This document shows, in pieces, positions 42,770 through 55,222 of a DNA stretch of 64,000 nt. The notes under the pieces were generated by a model, which saw nothing but the letters and a program-made list of their open reading frames with translations, ran no database searches and was not told the origin of the DNA. This DNA comes from Phyllobates terribilis (lineage: Eukaryota): NCBI RefSeq assembly GCF_046119375.1, contig NW_027362764.1, positions 809,100,001 to 809,164,000 on the forward strand. The letters are read 5' to 3'. Numbering within the stretch: the stretch's first letter is position 1; the number at the start of each line of letters is the position of its first letter. The translations under genes and the position numbers were made by a program.

Positions 42770-45700
42770 CCGTCTCCTCACCGCTCCTCCTCACCGTCCT
42801 CCTGGGTATATACTATATACATCACTACAGGACAGGACTAGAAGTGTCCGCTCGTCCTCACCATCCTCCTGGGTATATACTATATACATCACTACAGGAC
42901 AGGACTAGAAGTGTCCGCTCGTCCTCACCATCCTCCTGGGTATATACTATATACATCACTACAGGACAGGGCTAGAAGCGTCCGCTCCTCCTCACCGTCC
43001 TCCTGGGTATATACTATATACATCACTACAGGACAGGACTAGAAGCGTCCGCTCCTCCTCACCGTCCTCCTGGGTATATACTATATACATCACTACAAGA
43101 CAGGACTAGAAGTGTCCGCTCCTCCTCACCGTCCTCCTGGGTATATACTATATACATCACTACAGGACAGGACTAGAAGCGTCCGCTCCTCCTCACCGTC
43201 CTCCTGGGTATATACTATATACATCACTACAGGACAGGACTAGAAGCGTCCGCTCCTCCTCACCGTCCTCCTGGGTATATACTATATACATCACTACAGG
43301 ACAGGACTAGAAGTGTCCGCTCCTCCTCACCGTCCTCCTGGGTATATACTATATACATCACTACAGGACAGGACTAGAAGCGTCCGCTCCTCCTCACCGT
43401 CCTCCTGGGTATATACTATATACATCACTACAGGACAGGACTAGAAGCGTCCGCTCCTCCTCACCGTCCTCCTGGGTATATACTATATACATCACTACAG
43501 GACAGGACTAGAAGCGTCCGCTCCTCCTCACCGTCCTCCTGGGTATATACTATATACATCACTACAGGACAGACTAGAAGTGTCCGCTCCTCCTCACCGT
43601 CCTCCTGGGTATATACTATATACATCACTACAGGGAGGACTAGAAGTGTCCGCTCCTCCTCACCCTCCTCCTGGGTATATACTATATACATCACTACAGG
43701 ACAGGACTAGAAGCGTCCGCTCCTCCTCACCGTCCTCCTGGGTATATACTATATACATCACTACAGGACAGGACTAGAAGTGTCCGCTCCTCCTCACCGT
43801 CCTCCTGGGTATATACTATATACATCAGTACAGGACAGGACTAGAAGCGTCCGCTCCTCCTCACCGTCCTCCTGGGTATATACTATATACATCACTACAG
43901 GACAGGACTAGAAGCGTCAGCTCCTCCTCACCGTCCTCCTGGGTATATACTATATACATCACTACAGACAGGACTAGAAGCGTCCGCTCCTCCTCACCGT
44001 CCTCCTGGGTATATACTATATACATCACTACAGGACAGGGCTAGAAGCGTCCGCTCCTCCTCACCGTCCTCCTGGGTATATACTATATACATCACTACAG
44101 GACAGGACTAGAAGTGTCCGCTCCTCCTCACCGTCCTCCTGGGTATATACTATATACATCACTACAGGACAGGACTAGAAGCGTCCGCTCCTCCTCACCG
44201 TCCTCCTGGGTATATACTATATACATCACTACAGGACAGGACTAGAAGCGTCCGCTCCTCCTCACCGTCCTCCTGGGTATATACTATATACATCACTACA
44301 GGACAGGGCTAGAAGCGTCCGCTCCTCCTCACCGTCCTCCTGGGTATATACTATATACATCACTACAGGACAGGGCTAGAAGCGTCAGCTCCTCCTCACC
44401 GTCCTCCTGGGTATATACTATATACATCACTACAGGACAGGACTAGAAGTGTCCGCTCCTCCTCACCGTCCTCCTGGGTATATACTATATACATCACTAC
44501 AGGACAGGACTAGAAGTGTCCGCTCCTCCTCACCGTCCTCCTGGGTATATACTATATACATCACTACAGGACAGGACTAGAAGCGTCCGCTCCTCCTCAC
44601 CGTCCTCCTGGGTATATACTATATACATCACTACAGGACAGGACTAGAAGTGTCCGCTCCTCCTCACCGTCCTCCTGGGTATATACTATATACATCACTA
44701 CAGGACAGGACTAGAAGCGTCAGCTCCTCCTCACCGTCCTCCTGGGTATATACTATATACATCACTACAGGACAGGACTAGAAGCGTCCGCTCCTCCTCA
44801 CCGTCCTCCTGGGTATATACTATATACATCACTACAGGACAGGGCTAGAAGCGTCCGCTCCTCCTCACCGTCCTCCTGGGTATATACTATATACATCACT
44901 ACAGGACAGGACTAGAAGCGTCCGCTCCTCCTCACCGTCCTCCTGGGTATATACTATATACATCACTACAGGACAGGACTAGAAGTGTCCGCTCCTCCTC
45001 ACCGTCCTCCTGGGTATATACTATATACATCACTACAGGACAGGACTAGAAGCGTCCGCTCCTCCTCACCGTCCTCCTGGGTATATACTATATACATCAC
45101 TACAGGACAGGACTAGAAGCGTCCGCTCCTCCTCACCGTCCTCCTGGGTATATACTATATACATCACTACAGGACAGGGCTAGAAGCGTCCGCTCCTCCT
45201 CACCGTCCTCCTGGGTATATACTATATACATCACTACAGGGAGGACTAGAAGTGTCCGCTCCTCCTCACCATCCTCCTGGGTATATACTATATACATCAC
45301 TACAGGACAGGGCTAGAAGTGTCCGCTCCTCCTCACCGTCCTCCTGGGTATATACTATATACATCAGTACAGGACAGGACTAGAAGCGTCCGCTCCTCCT
45401 CACCGTCCTCCTGGGTATATACTATATACATCACTACAGGACAGGGCTAGAAGCGTCCGCTCCTCCTCACCGTCCTCCTGGGTATATACTATATACATCA
45501 CTACAGGACAGGACTAGAAGCGTCCGCTCCTCCTCACCGTCCTCCTGGGTATATACTATATACATCACTACAGGACAGGACTAGAAGTGTCCGCTCCTCC
45601 TCACCGTCCTCCTGGGTATATACTATATACATCACTACAGGACAGGACTAGAAGCGTCCGCTCCTCCTCACCATCCTCCTGGGTATATACTATATACATC

Positions 45701-48580
45701 ACTACAGGACAGGACTAGAAGCGTCCGCTCCTCCTCACCGTCCTCCTGGGTATATACTATATACATCACTACAGGACAGGACTAGAAGCGTCCGCTCCTC
45801 CTCACCATCCTCCTGGGTATATACTATATACATCACTACAGGACAGGGCTAGAAGTGTCCGCTCCTCCTCACCGTCCTCCTGGGTATATACTATATACAT
45901 CACTACAGGACAGGGCTAGAAGTGTCAGCTCCTCCTCACCGTCCTCCTGGGTATATACTATATACATCACTACAGGACAGGACTAGAAGCGTCCGCTCCT
46001 CCTCACCATCCTCCTGGGTATATACTATATACATCACTACAGGACAGGACTAGAAGTGTCCGCTCCTCCTCACCGTCCTCCTGGGTATATACTATATACA
46101 TCACTACAGGACAGGGCTAGAAGCGTCCGCTCCTCCTCACCGTCCTCCTGGGTATATACTATATACATCACTACAGGACAGGACTAGAAGCGTCCGCTCC
46201 TCCTCACCATCCTCCTGGGTATATACTATATACATCACTACAGGACAGGACTAGAAGTGTCCGCTCCTCCTCACCGTCCTCCTGGGTATATACTATATAC
46301 ATCACTACAGGACAGGACTAGAAGTGTCCGCTCCTCCTCACCGTCCTCCTGGGTATATACTATATACATCACTACAGGACAGGGCTAGAAGTGTCCGCTC
46401 CTCCTCACCATCCTCCTGGGTATATACTATATACATCACTACAGGACAGGACTAGAAGCGTCCGCTCCTCCTCACCGTCCTCCTGGGTATATACTATATA
46501 CATCACTACAGGACAGGGCTAGAAGCGTCCGCTCCTCCTCACCGTCCTCCTGGGTATATACTATATACATCACTACAGGACAGGACTAGAAGCGTCCGCT
46601 CCTCCTCACCGTCCTCCTGGGTATATACTATATACATCACTACAGGACAGGACTAGAAGCGTCCGCTCCTCCTCACCGTCCTCCTGGGTATATACTATAT
46701 ACATCACTACAGGACAGGGCTAGAAGCGTCCGCTCCTCCTCACCGTCCTCCTGGGTATATACTATATACATCACTACAGGACAGGGCTAGAAGTGTCCGC
46801 TCCTCCTCACCATCCTCCTGGGTATATACTATATACATCACTACAGGACAGGGCTAGAAGTGTCCGCTCCTCCTCACCGTCCTCCTGGGTATATACTATA
46901 TACATCACTACAGGACAGGACTAGAAGTGTCCGCTCCTCCTCACCGTCCTCCTGGGTATATACTATATACATCACTACAGGACAGGACTAGAAGTGTCCG
47001 CTCCTCCTCACCGTCCTCCTGGGTATATACTATATACATCACTACAGGACAGGGCTAGAAGCGTCCGCTCCTCCTCACCGTCCTCCTGGGTATATACTAT
47101 ATACATCACTACAGGACAGGACTAGAAGCGTCCGCTCCTCCTCACCATCCTCCTGGGTATATACTATATACATCACTACAGGACAGGACTAGAAGCGTCC
47201 GCTCCTCCTCACCGTCCTCCTGGGTATATACTATATACATCACTACAGGACAGGACTAGAAGCGTCCGCTCCTCCTCACCGTCCTCCTGGGTATATACTA
47301 TATACATCACTACAGGACAGGGCTAGAAGCGTCCGCTCCTCCTCACCGTCCTCCTGGGTATATACTATATACATCACTACAGGACAGGACTAGAAGCGTC
47401 CGCTCCTCCTCACCGTCCTCCTGGGTATATACTATATACATCACTACAGGACAGGGCTAGAAGCGTCAGCTCCTCCTCACCGTCCTCCTGGGTATATACT
47501 ATATACATCACTACAGGACAGGGCTAGAAGCGTCCGCTCCTCCTCACCGTCCTCCTGGGTATATACTATATACATCACTACAGGACAGGACTAGAAGCGT
47601 CCGCTCCTCCTCACCGTCCTCCTGGGTATATACTATATACATCACTACAGGACAGGGCTAGAAGCGTCCGCTCCTCCTCACCGTCCTCCTGGGTATATAC
47701 TATATACATCACTACAGGACAGACTAGAAGCGTCCGCTCCTCCTCACCGTCCTCCTGGGTATATACTATATACATCACTACAGGACAGGACTAGAAGCGT
47801 CCGCTCCTCCTCACCGTCCTCCTGGGTATATACTATATACATCACTACAGGACAGGGCTAGAAGCGTCCCGCTCCTCCTCACCGTCCTCCTGGGTATATA
47901 CTATATACATCACTACAGGACAGGACTAGAAGTGTCCGCTCCTCCTCACCGTCCTCCTGGGTATATACTATATACATCACTACAGGACAGGACTAGAAGT
48001 GTCCGCTCTCTCTCACCGTCCTCCTGGGTATATACTATATACATCACTACATGACAGGACTAGAAGCGTCCGCTCCTCCTCACCGTCCTCCTGGGTATAT
48101 ACTATATACATCACTACAGGACAGGACTAGAAGCGTCCGCTCCTCCTCACCGTCCTCCTGGGTATATACTATATACATCACTACAGGACAGGACTAGAAG
48201 CGTCCGCTCCTCCTCACCGTCCTCCTGGGTATATACTATATACATCACTACAGGACAGGACTAGAAGCGTCCGCTCCTCCTCACCGTCCTCCTGGGTATA
48301 TACTATATACATCACTACAGGACAGGACTAGAAGCGTCCGCTCCTCCTCACCATCCTCCTGGGTATATACTATATACATCACTACAGGACAGGACTAGAA
48401 GTGTCCGCTCCTCCTCACCGTCCTCCTGGGTATATACTATATACATCACTACATGACAGGACTAGAAGCGTCCGCTCCTCCTCACCATCCTCCTGGGTAT
48501 ATACTATATACATCACTACAGGACAGGACTAGAAGCGTCCGCTCCTCCTCACCGTCCTCCTGGGTATATACTATATACAT
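42770..48580. repeat. 67-bp minisatellite CCGCTCCTCCTCACCGTCCTCCTGGGTATATACTATATACATCACTACAGGACAGGACTAGAAGCGT, about 87 copies
   Basis: Period 67 checked (43141 to 43208); highly homogeneous. Confidence 0.98.
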
Positions 48581-48679
48581 ATAGAGTTGTCACTAATTGT
48601 CCTGCAGTGTCAGATGTCACAATTTATGGGACCTTGGGATGTGCAACCTTGGGATGTGCATTGTTTCAGGGTGGTATTG

Positions 48680-51600
48680 TGGCCCCCCTGGGCTGTGTGT
48701 CCCCCCCCCCCCCCCCCCCCGGCCGTGTGTGTGTGTCCCCCCCCCCCCCCCGGGCTGTGTGTGTCCCCCCCGGGCTGTGTGTGTCCCCCCCGGGCTGTGT
48801 GTGTCCCCCCCGGGCTGTGTGTCCCCGTCCCCCCCCCAGGCTGTGTGTGTCGTCGCACCGCCCCCCCCCCCACCGGGCTGTGTGTGTCTCGCCCCCCCCC
48901 CCCCCCACCGGGCTGTGTGTGTCTCCCCCCCCCCCCCCCCCGGGCTGTGTGTGTGTCTCCCCCCCCCGGGCTGTGTGTGTGTCTTCCCCCCCCCCGGGCT
49001 GTGTGTGTGTCTCCCCCCCCCCCCCCCCCGGGCTGTGTGTGTGTCTCCCCCCCCCCCCCCCCCCCCGGGCTGTGTGTGTCCCCCCCTGGGCTGTGTGTGT
49101 CTCCCCCCCCGGGCTGTGTGTGTCTCCTCCCCCCCCTCCCCCGGGCTGTGTGTGTCTCCTCCCCCCCCTCCCCGGGCTGTGTGTGTCTCCTCCCCCCCCC
49201 TCCCCCGGGCTGTGTGTGTCTTCCCCCCCCCCCCCCCTCCCGGGGCTGTGTGTGTCTCCCCCCCCCCCCCCCCTCCCGGGGCTGTGTGTGTCTCCCCCCT
49301 CCCGGGGGCTGTGTGTGTCTCCCCCCTCCCGGGGCTGTGTGTGTCTCCCCCCGGGCTGTGTGTGTCTCCCCCCGGGCTGTGTGTGTCTCCCCCCGGGCTG
49401 TGTGTGTCTCCCCCCGGGCTGTGTGTGTCTCCCCCCGGGCTGTGTGTGTCTCCCCCCGGGCTGTGTGTGTCCCCCCCCGGGCTGTGTGTGTCTCCCCCCC
49501 CCCCCCCCCCCGGGCTGTGTGTGTCTCCCCCCCCCCCCCCCCCCGGGCTGTGTGTGTCTCCCCCCCCCCCCCCCCGGGCTGTGTGTGTCTCCCCCCCCCC
49601 CCCCCCCCCGGGCTGTGTGTGTCTCCCCCCCCCCCCCCCCGGGCTGTGTGTCTCTCCCCCCCCCCCCCCCCGGGCTGTGTGTGTCTCCCCCCGGGCTGTG
49701 TGTGTCCCCCCCCCCCCCCCCCCCGGGCTGTGTGTGTCTCCCCCCCCCCCCCCCCCCGGGCTGTGTGTGTCTCCCCCCCCCCCCCCCCCCGGGCTGTGTG
49801 TCTCTCCCCCCCCCCCCCCCCCGGGCTGTGTGTGTCTCCCCCCCCCCCCCCCCCCCGGGCTGTGTGTGTCTCCCCCCCCCCCCCCCCCGGGCTGTGTGTG
49901 TCTCCCCCCCCCCCCCCGGGCTGTGTGTCTCTCCCCCCCCCCCCCCCCGGGCTGTGTGTGTCTCCCCCCGGGCTGTGTGTGTCCCCCCCCCCCCCCCCCC
50001 CGGGCTGTGTGTGTCTCCCCCCCCCCCCCCCCCCGGGCTGTGTGTGTCTCCCCCCCCCCCCCCCCCCGGGCTGTGTGTCTCTCCCCCCCCCCCCCCCCCG
50101 GGCTGTGTGTGTCTTCCCCCCCCCCCCGGGCTGTGTGTGTCTCCCCCCCCCCCCCCCGGGCTGTGTGTGTCTCCACCCCCCCCCCCCCCCCCCGGGCTGT
50201 GTGTGTCTCCCCCCCCCCCCCCCGGGCTGTGTGTGTCTCCCCCCCCCCCCCCCCCGGGCTGTGTGTGTCTCCCCCCCCCCCCCCCCCCCCGGGCTGTGTG
50301 TGTCTCCCCCCCCCCCCCGGCTGTGTGTGTCTCCCCCCCCCCCCCCGGGCTGTGTGTGTCTCCCCCCCCCCCCCCCGGGCTGTGTGTGTCTCCCCCCCCC
50401 CCCCCCCGGGCTGTGTGTGTCTCCCCCCCCCCCCCCCGGGCTGTGTGTGTCTAGACCCCCCCCCCCCCCCCGGGCTGTGTGTGTCGTCCCCGTCCCCCCA
50501 GGCTGTGTGTGTCTCCCCCCCCCCCCCCCCCGGGCTGTGTGTGTCTCCCCCCCCCCCCCCCCCCGGGCTGTGTGTGTCTCCCCCCCCCCCCCCCCCCCCC
50601 CGGGCTGTGTGTGTCTCTCCCCCCCCCCCCCCCCCGGGCTGTGTGTGTCTCTCCCCCCCCCCCCCCCCCCCCGGGCTGTGTGTGTCTCCCCCCCCCCCGG
50701 GCTGTGTGTGTCTCCCCCCCCCCGGGCTGTGTGTGTCTCCCCCCCCCCCCCCCCCCCCCCGGGCTGTGTGTGTCTCCCCCCCCCCCCCCGGGCTGTGTGT
50801 GTCTAGACCCCCCCCCCCCCCGGGCTGTGTGTGTCGTCCCCGTCCCCCCAGGCTGTGTGTGTCTCCCCCCCCCCCCCCCCCCGGGCTGTGTGTGTCTCCC
50901 CCCCCCCCCCCCGGGCTGTGTGTGTCTCCCCCCCCCCCCCCGGGCTGTGTGTGTCTCCCCCCCCCCCCCCCGGGCTGTGTGTGTCTCCCCCCCCCCCGGG
51001 CTGTGTGTGTCTCCCCCCCCCCCCCCCCCCCCGGGCTGTGTGTGTCTCCCCCCCCCCCCCCCCCCCCGGGCTGTGTGTGTCTCCCCCCCCCCCCCCCCCC
51101 CCCGGGCTGTGTGTGTCTCCCCCGGGCTGTGTGTGTCTCCCCCCCCCCCCCCGGGCTGTGTGTGTCTCCCCCCCCCCCCCCCGGGCTGTGTGTGTCTCCC
51201 CCCCCCCCCCCCCCCCCTCCCGGGCTGTGTGTGTCTCCCCCCCCCCCCCCCCCCCGGGCTGTGTGTGTCTCTCTCCCCCCCCCCCCCCCCCGGGCTGTGT
51301 GTGTCTCCCCCCCCCCCCCCCCCCCGGGCTGTGTGTGTCTCCCCCCCCCCCCCGGGCTGTGTGTGTCTCCCCCCCCCCCCCCCCCCCGGGCTGTGTGTGT
51401 CTCCCCCCCCCCCCCCCCCCCGGGCTGTGTGTGTCTCCCCCGGGCTGTGTGTGTCTCCCCCCCCCCCCCCGGGCTGTGTGTGTCTCCCCCCCTCCCGGGC
51501 TGTGTGTGTCTCTCCCCCCCCCCCCCCCTCCCGGGCTGTGTGTGTCTCCCCCCCCCCCCCTCCCGGGCTGTGTGTGTCTCCCACCCCCCCCCCCCCCCGG

Positions 51601-51930
51601 GCTGTGTGTGTCTCCCCCCCCCCCCCCGGCTGTGTGTGTCTCCCCCCCCCCCCCCCCCGGGCTGTGTGTGTCTCCCCCCCCCCCCCCCCCCGGGCTGTGT
51701 GTGTCTCCCCCCCCCCCCCCCCGGGCTGTGTGTGTCTCCCCCCCCCCCCCCCCCGGGCTGTGTGTGTCTCTCCCCCCCCCCGGGCTGTGTGTGTCTCTCC
51801 CCCCCCCCGGGCTGTGTGTGTCTCCCCCCCCGGGCTGTGTGTGTCTCCCCCCCCCCCCCCCCCCGGGCTGTGTGTGTCTCCCCCCCCCCCCCCCCGGGCT
51901 GTGTGTGTCTCCCCCCCGGGCTGTGTGTGG
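48680..51930. repeat. CGGGCTGTGTGTGTCT + poly-C minisatellite (G-runs on the scx strand)
   Basis: Directly visible; starts ~45 nt into the scx intron. Confidence 0.97.
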
Positions 51931-51975
51931 CCCCCGGGCCGGTGGTGTTATAGGCCTTGTGACATCGGTACTCGC

Positions 51976-52485
51976 CTGTTTCCGCTGGTTGCTGAGGCAG
52001 AAGGTGCAGATTTGCTTGGGCTGGCCGTGGTCGGGCTCCCGGTTCTTGGGACTGGCAGTGGTAGGGTGGTGCTGGTAGTACGGGGGGCTTGTGTGGCAGG
52101 GTTGTCCGTCTCCGCACGCGTCTCCGAGCAGTAGTACATTTCCCAGATGTGAGATGTAGCTGGACGCCAGGCGTAGAGTCTCTATTTTGGAGAGTTTGCG
52201 GTCCGCGGGTTCGGTAGGAATGAGCGTGCGCAGGGCCGTGAAGGCCGTGTTGACGCTGTTGGTCCGGTCCCTCTCGCGGGCGTTGGCCGTATGTCGCTGA
52301 CGCGGTTCTCGATGCAGTCGCGGACACTTTTTATGTTCCCTTTTACCGCCACCTCCTGAGTGATGGAAGCCTTTGTCGCCGCAGCCGGAGCTGTCACTGC
52401 TGCTGTCCTCATCGTCTGAGAGCATGCTGATGTCCGGGTAGAGAAAGCGGGCAGGCGGGGCATGGCGGAGCATCGCAAACGACAT
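51976..52485 (-). CDS. scx: scx exon 1, scleraxis bHLH transcription factor (170 codons; full protein 182 aa)
   Basis: [27 protein letters not shown]...[57 protein letters not shown]...[15 protein letters not shown]; donor CAG|GCGAGT in phase 0 with exon 2. MSFAMLR start, C-terminal exon and nesting in bop1 separate it from paraxis/tcf15. Confidence 0.96.
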
Positions 52486-52554
52486 ATTGAAGCAGCGGGC
52501 AGCAATGCTGGAGGACGCCTTGGCCTTCACCTGTGCCTCTTTATGGACGGCTTG

Positions 52555-52950
52555 CTGTCACTGCCTCCACTGTGGCCCCGGACGGACGTTGCACTGTCGC
52601 TGCCTCCTCTGTGGCCCCGGACGGAGGTTGCGCTGTCACTGCCTCCTCTGTGGCCCCGGACGGAGGTTGCGCTGTCACTGCCTCCTCTGTGGCCCCGGAC
52701 GGAGGTTGCGCTGTCACTGCATCCTCTGTGGCCCCGGACGGAGGTTGCGCTGTCACTCCTCTGTGGTCCCGGACGGAGGTTGCGCTGTCACTGCCTCGTC
52801 TTTGGCCCTGGACGGAGGTTGCGCTGTCACTCCTCTGTGGCCCCGGACGGAGGTTGCGCTGTCACTGCCTCCTCTGTGGCCCCGGACGGACGGTGCGCTG
52901 TCGCTGCCTCCTCTGTTTCCCCGGACAGACGGTGCGCTGTCACTGCCTCG
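52555..52950. repeat. 39-bp minisatellite (about 10 copies) in the predicted scx 5'UTR
   Basis: Unit GCCCCGGACGGAGGTTGCGCTGTCACTGCCTCCTCTGTG, between TATA box and ATG. Confidence 0.9.
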
Positions 52951-53002
52951 GTGTCTCTGCTGCCGTCTTGTCCATCTCTCCCCCTGTATGGCGTCCTGGT
53001 CA

Positions 53003-53055
53003 CACGTGTGGATGCAGCCGTCTGGCGGAGCTGCAGCTGTGATTGACTTTTTATA
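53003..53055 (-). promoter_or_regulatory. scx core promoter: TATAAAAA (53055-53048) with E-boxes CAGCTG (53034-53039) and CACGTG (53003-53008)
   Basis: Motifs read directly; position upstream of the scx ATG; TSS inferred near 53025. Confidence 0.65.
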
Positions 53056-53436
53056 GTGACCCTTGAGAGCGAGTCTGGTTCCTCCCTCAGCCGGCAGCAG
53101 ACACGAGTGAGGGGGGCTCCATCGGAAGCTGGAAGAGGGGGGAAGGGAGTCCCCAGACGGCTGTGGGATTTAACAGCCTAGACTGGCCTGTGCTTCCTAA
53201 CCAGCGCAGTATTAACCCTTCTTACGCCCTCGTTGGCTTCTTCCTGTGCCGCAGATATCAGATTTTGCCATTAGATTGGAGAAGTGATGAAGATACGGCC
53301 GCTCATGAAATGTTCCGAAATATTGATAACTTTTTGGTGATGTCTGGTCCTCGGTTGTGTTGGCTGGCGTCTGTGATTATTCCCATTATCCCTGGATACA
53401 GATTAGGAGCGTGGACCTGAGGGAGCGCAGTAGATG

Positions 53437-54451
53437 CCACTGGTGCCAGGAGTCAGTCCGTACCTGTGGTCCTCGGCCTCTTCATGGTAGATACCACTGG
53501 TGCCAGGAGTCAGTCCGTACCTGTGGTCCTCGGCCTCTTCATGGTAGATACCACTGGTGCCAGGAGTCAGTCCGTACCTGTGGTCCTCGGCCTCTTCATG
53601 GTAGATACCACTGGTGCCAGGAGTCAGTCCGTACCTGTGGTCCTCGGCCTCTTCATGGTAGATACCACTGGTGCCAGGAGTCAGTCCGTACCTGTGGTCC
53701 TCGGCCTCTTCATGGTAGATACCACTGGTGCCAGGAGTCAGTCCGTACCTGTGGTCCTCGGCCTCTTCATGGTAGATACCACTGGTGCCAGGAGTCAGTC
53801 CGTACCTGTGGTCCTCGGCCTCTTCATGGTAGATACCACTGGTGCCAGGAGTCAGTCCGTACCTGTGGTCCTCGGCCTCTTCATGGTAGATACCACTGGT
53901 GCCAGGAGTCAGTCCGTACCTGTGGTCCTCGGCCTCTTCATGGTAGATACCACTGGTGCCAGGAGTCAGTCCGTACCTGTGGTCCTCGGCCTCTTCATGG
54001 TAGATACCACTGGTGCCAGGAGTCAGTCCGTACCTGTGGTCCTCGGCCTCTTCATGGTAGATACCACTGGTGCCAGGAGTCAGTCCGTACCTGTGGTCCT
54101 CGGCCTCTTCATGGTAGATACCACTGGTGCCAGGAGTCAGTCCGTACCTGTGGTCCTCGGCCTCTTCATGGTAGATACCACTGGTGCCAGGAGTCAGTCC
54201 GTACCTGTGGTCCTCGGCCTCTTCATGGTAGATACCACTGGTGCCAGGAGTCAGTCCGTACCTGTGGTCCTCGGCCTCTTCATGGTAGATACCACTGGTG
54301 CCAGGAGTCAGTCCGTACCTGTGGTCCTCGGCCTCTTCATGGTAGATACCACTGGTGCCAGGAGTCAGTCCGTACCTGTGGTCCTCGGCCTCTTCATGGT
54401 AGATACCACTGGTGCCAGGAGTCAGTCCGTACCTGTGGTCCTCGGCCTCTT
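53437..54451. repeat. Perfect 57-bp minisatellite, about 17.8 copies
   Basis: Unit CCACTGGTGCCAGGAGTCAGTCCGTACCTGTGGTCCTCGGCCTCTTCATGGTAGATA; no variants noticed. Confidence 0.98.
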
Positions 54452-54885
54452 GACTCCGACCCTCCCCACATTGGAGATGGCTACAGACAACCTGGAGCAC
54501 CACCGATCCGGTGGAAAACTGCTAGATCATGTGCGACCGATTCTTAGTAGCAAAAATTGTAACTAATTGTAATTAGACCACAAAGTATCACTCCCATCAT
54601 TCGTCATGGGGATATGTAAGAATTGCGCTCTCTGTCGAATGTGTCTCCTCCATATTGGATTACGATTATCTGTGGAGCCAAAACCTAAGATGGGAACAGA
54701 ATGAACATAAACCCTGGTGTAAGTAAAAGCAATAGTGCATATAAATAATATGGGGGCCTTAGGAAAGCGTAAAAGCCGTCCCACCACGACAAGGTGACCC
54801 AGTCGGCATGGTCCTAACATCTAGTAGTCAAACAATGTGTCAATGTGACTCGGTCACTCCTGACCTGGCATCTGTTCCTTCTCAG

Positions 54886-55040
54886 GACATCAGGAACACT
54901 GTTGGGAATATTCCCATGGAATGGTACAAGGATTTCCCTCACATCGGCTACGACCTGGATGGGAAGAAGATCTTCAAACCGCTGAGGAATAAGGACCAAC
55001 TGGAAGAGTTTCTGGACAAGATGGAGAATCCCGACTACTG
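54886..55040 (+). CDS. bop1: bop1 exon 4 ([14 protein letters not shown]...MENPDYW)
   Basis: TTCTCAG| acceptor, TG|GTGAGT donor, 155 nt. Confidence 0.97.
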
Positions 55041-55222
55041 GTGAGTGTGTCCACACCCCCACCCTGCCGACTCCGGGACCACATTATTCCCACCAATTCG
55101 GGACCTTGTACCCTCCACTCTCCCCCTCACTCCAGAATCGCGAACCCCCTCGTCACTCCGGGACAGCGTTAACCCCCCCACACACACGCTGATTTCTGTG
55201 TTTTTTTTTTTCTTTCTTACAG

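Noticed and set aside
48587-51953. Pro-rich and Gly-rich ORFs resembling extensin, formin or silk proteins
   Set aside because: Translation of poly-C/poly-G repeats; frame depends on homopolymer length.
52486-52530. N-terminal extension [15 protein letters not shown] of scx
   Set aside because: Starts at GTG; the conserved MSFAMLR start is at 52485.
53357-54566. Perfect 19-aa repeat proteins; CRISPR-like regularity
   Set aside because: Head-to-tail identical units with no unique spacers, no cas genes, eukaryotic intron.
27563-55176. Scattered TAACCC-like motifs as interstitial telomere sequence
   Set aside because: All are isolated TTAACCC(C) singletons, never tandem TTAGGG arrays.
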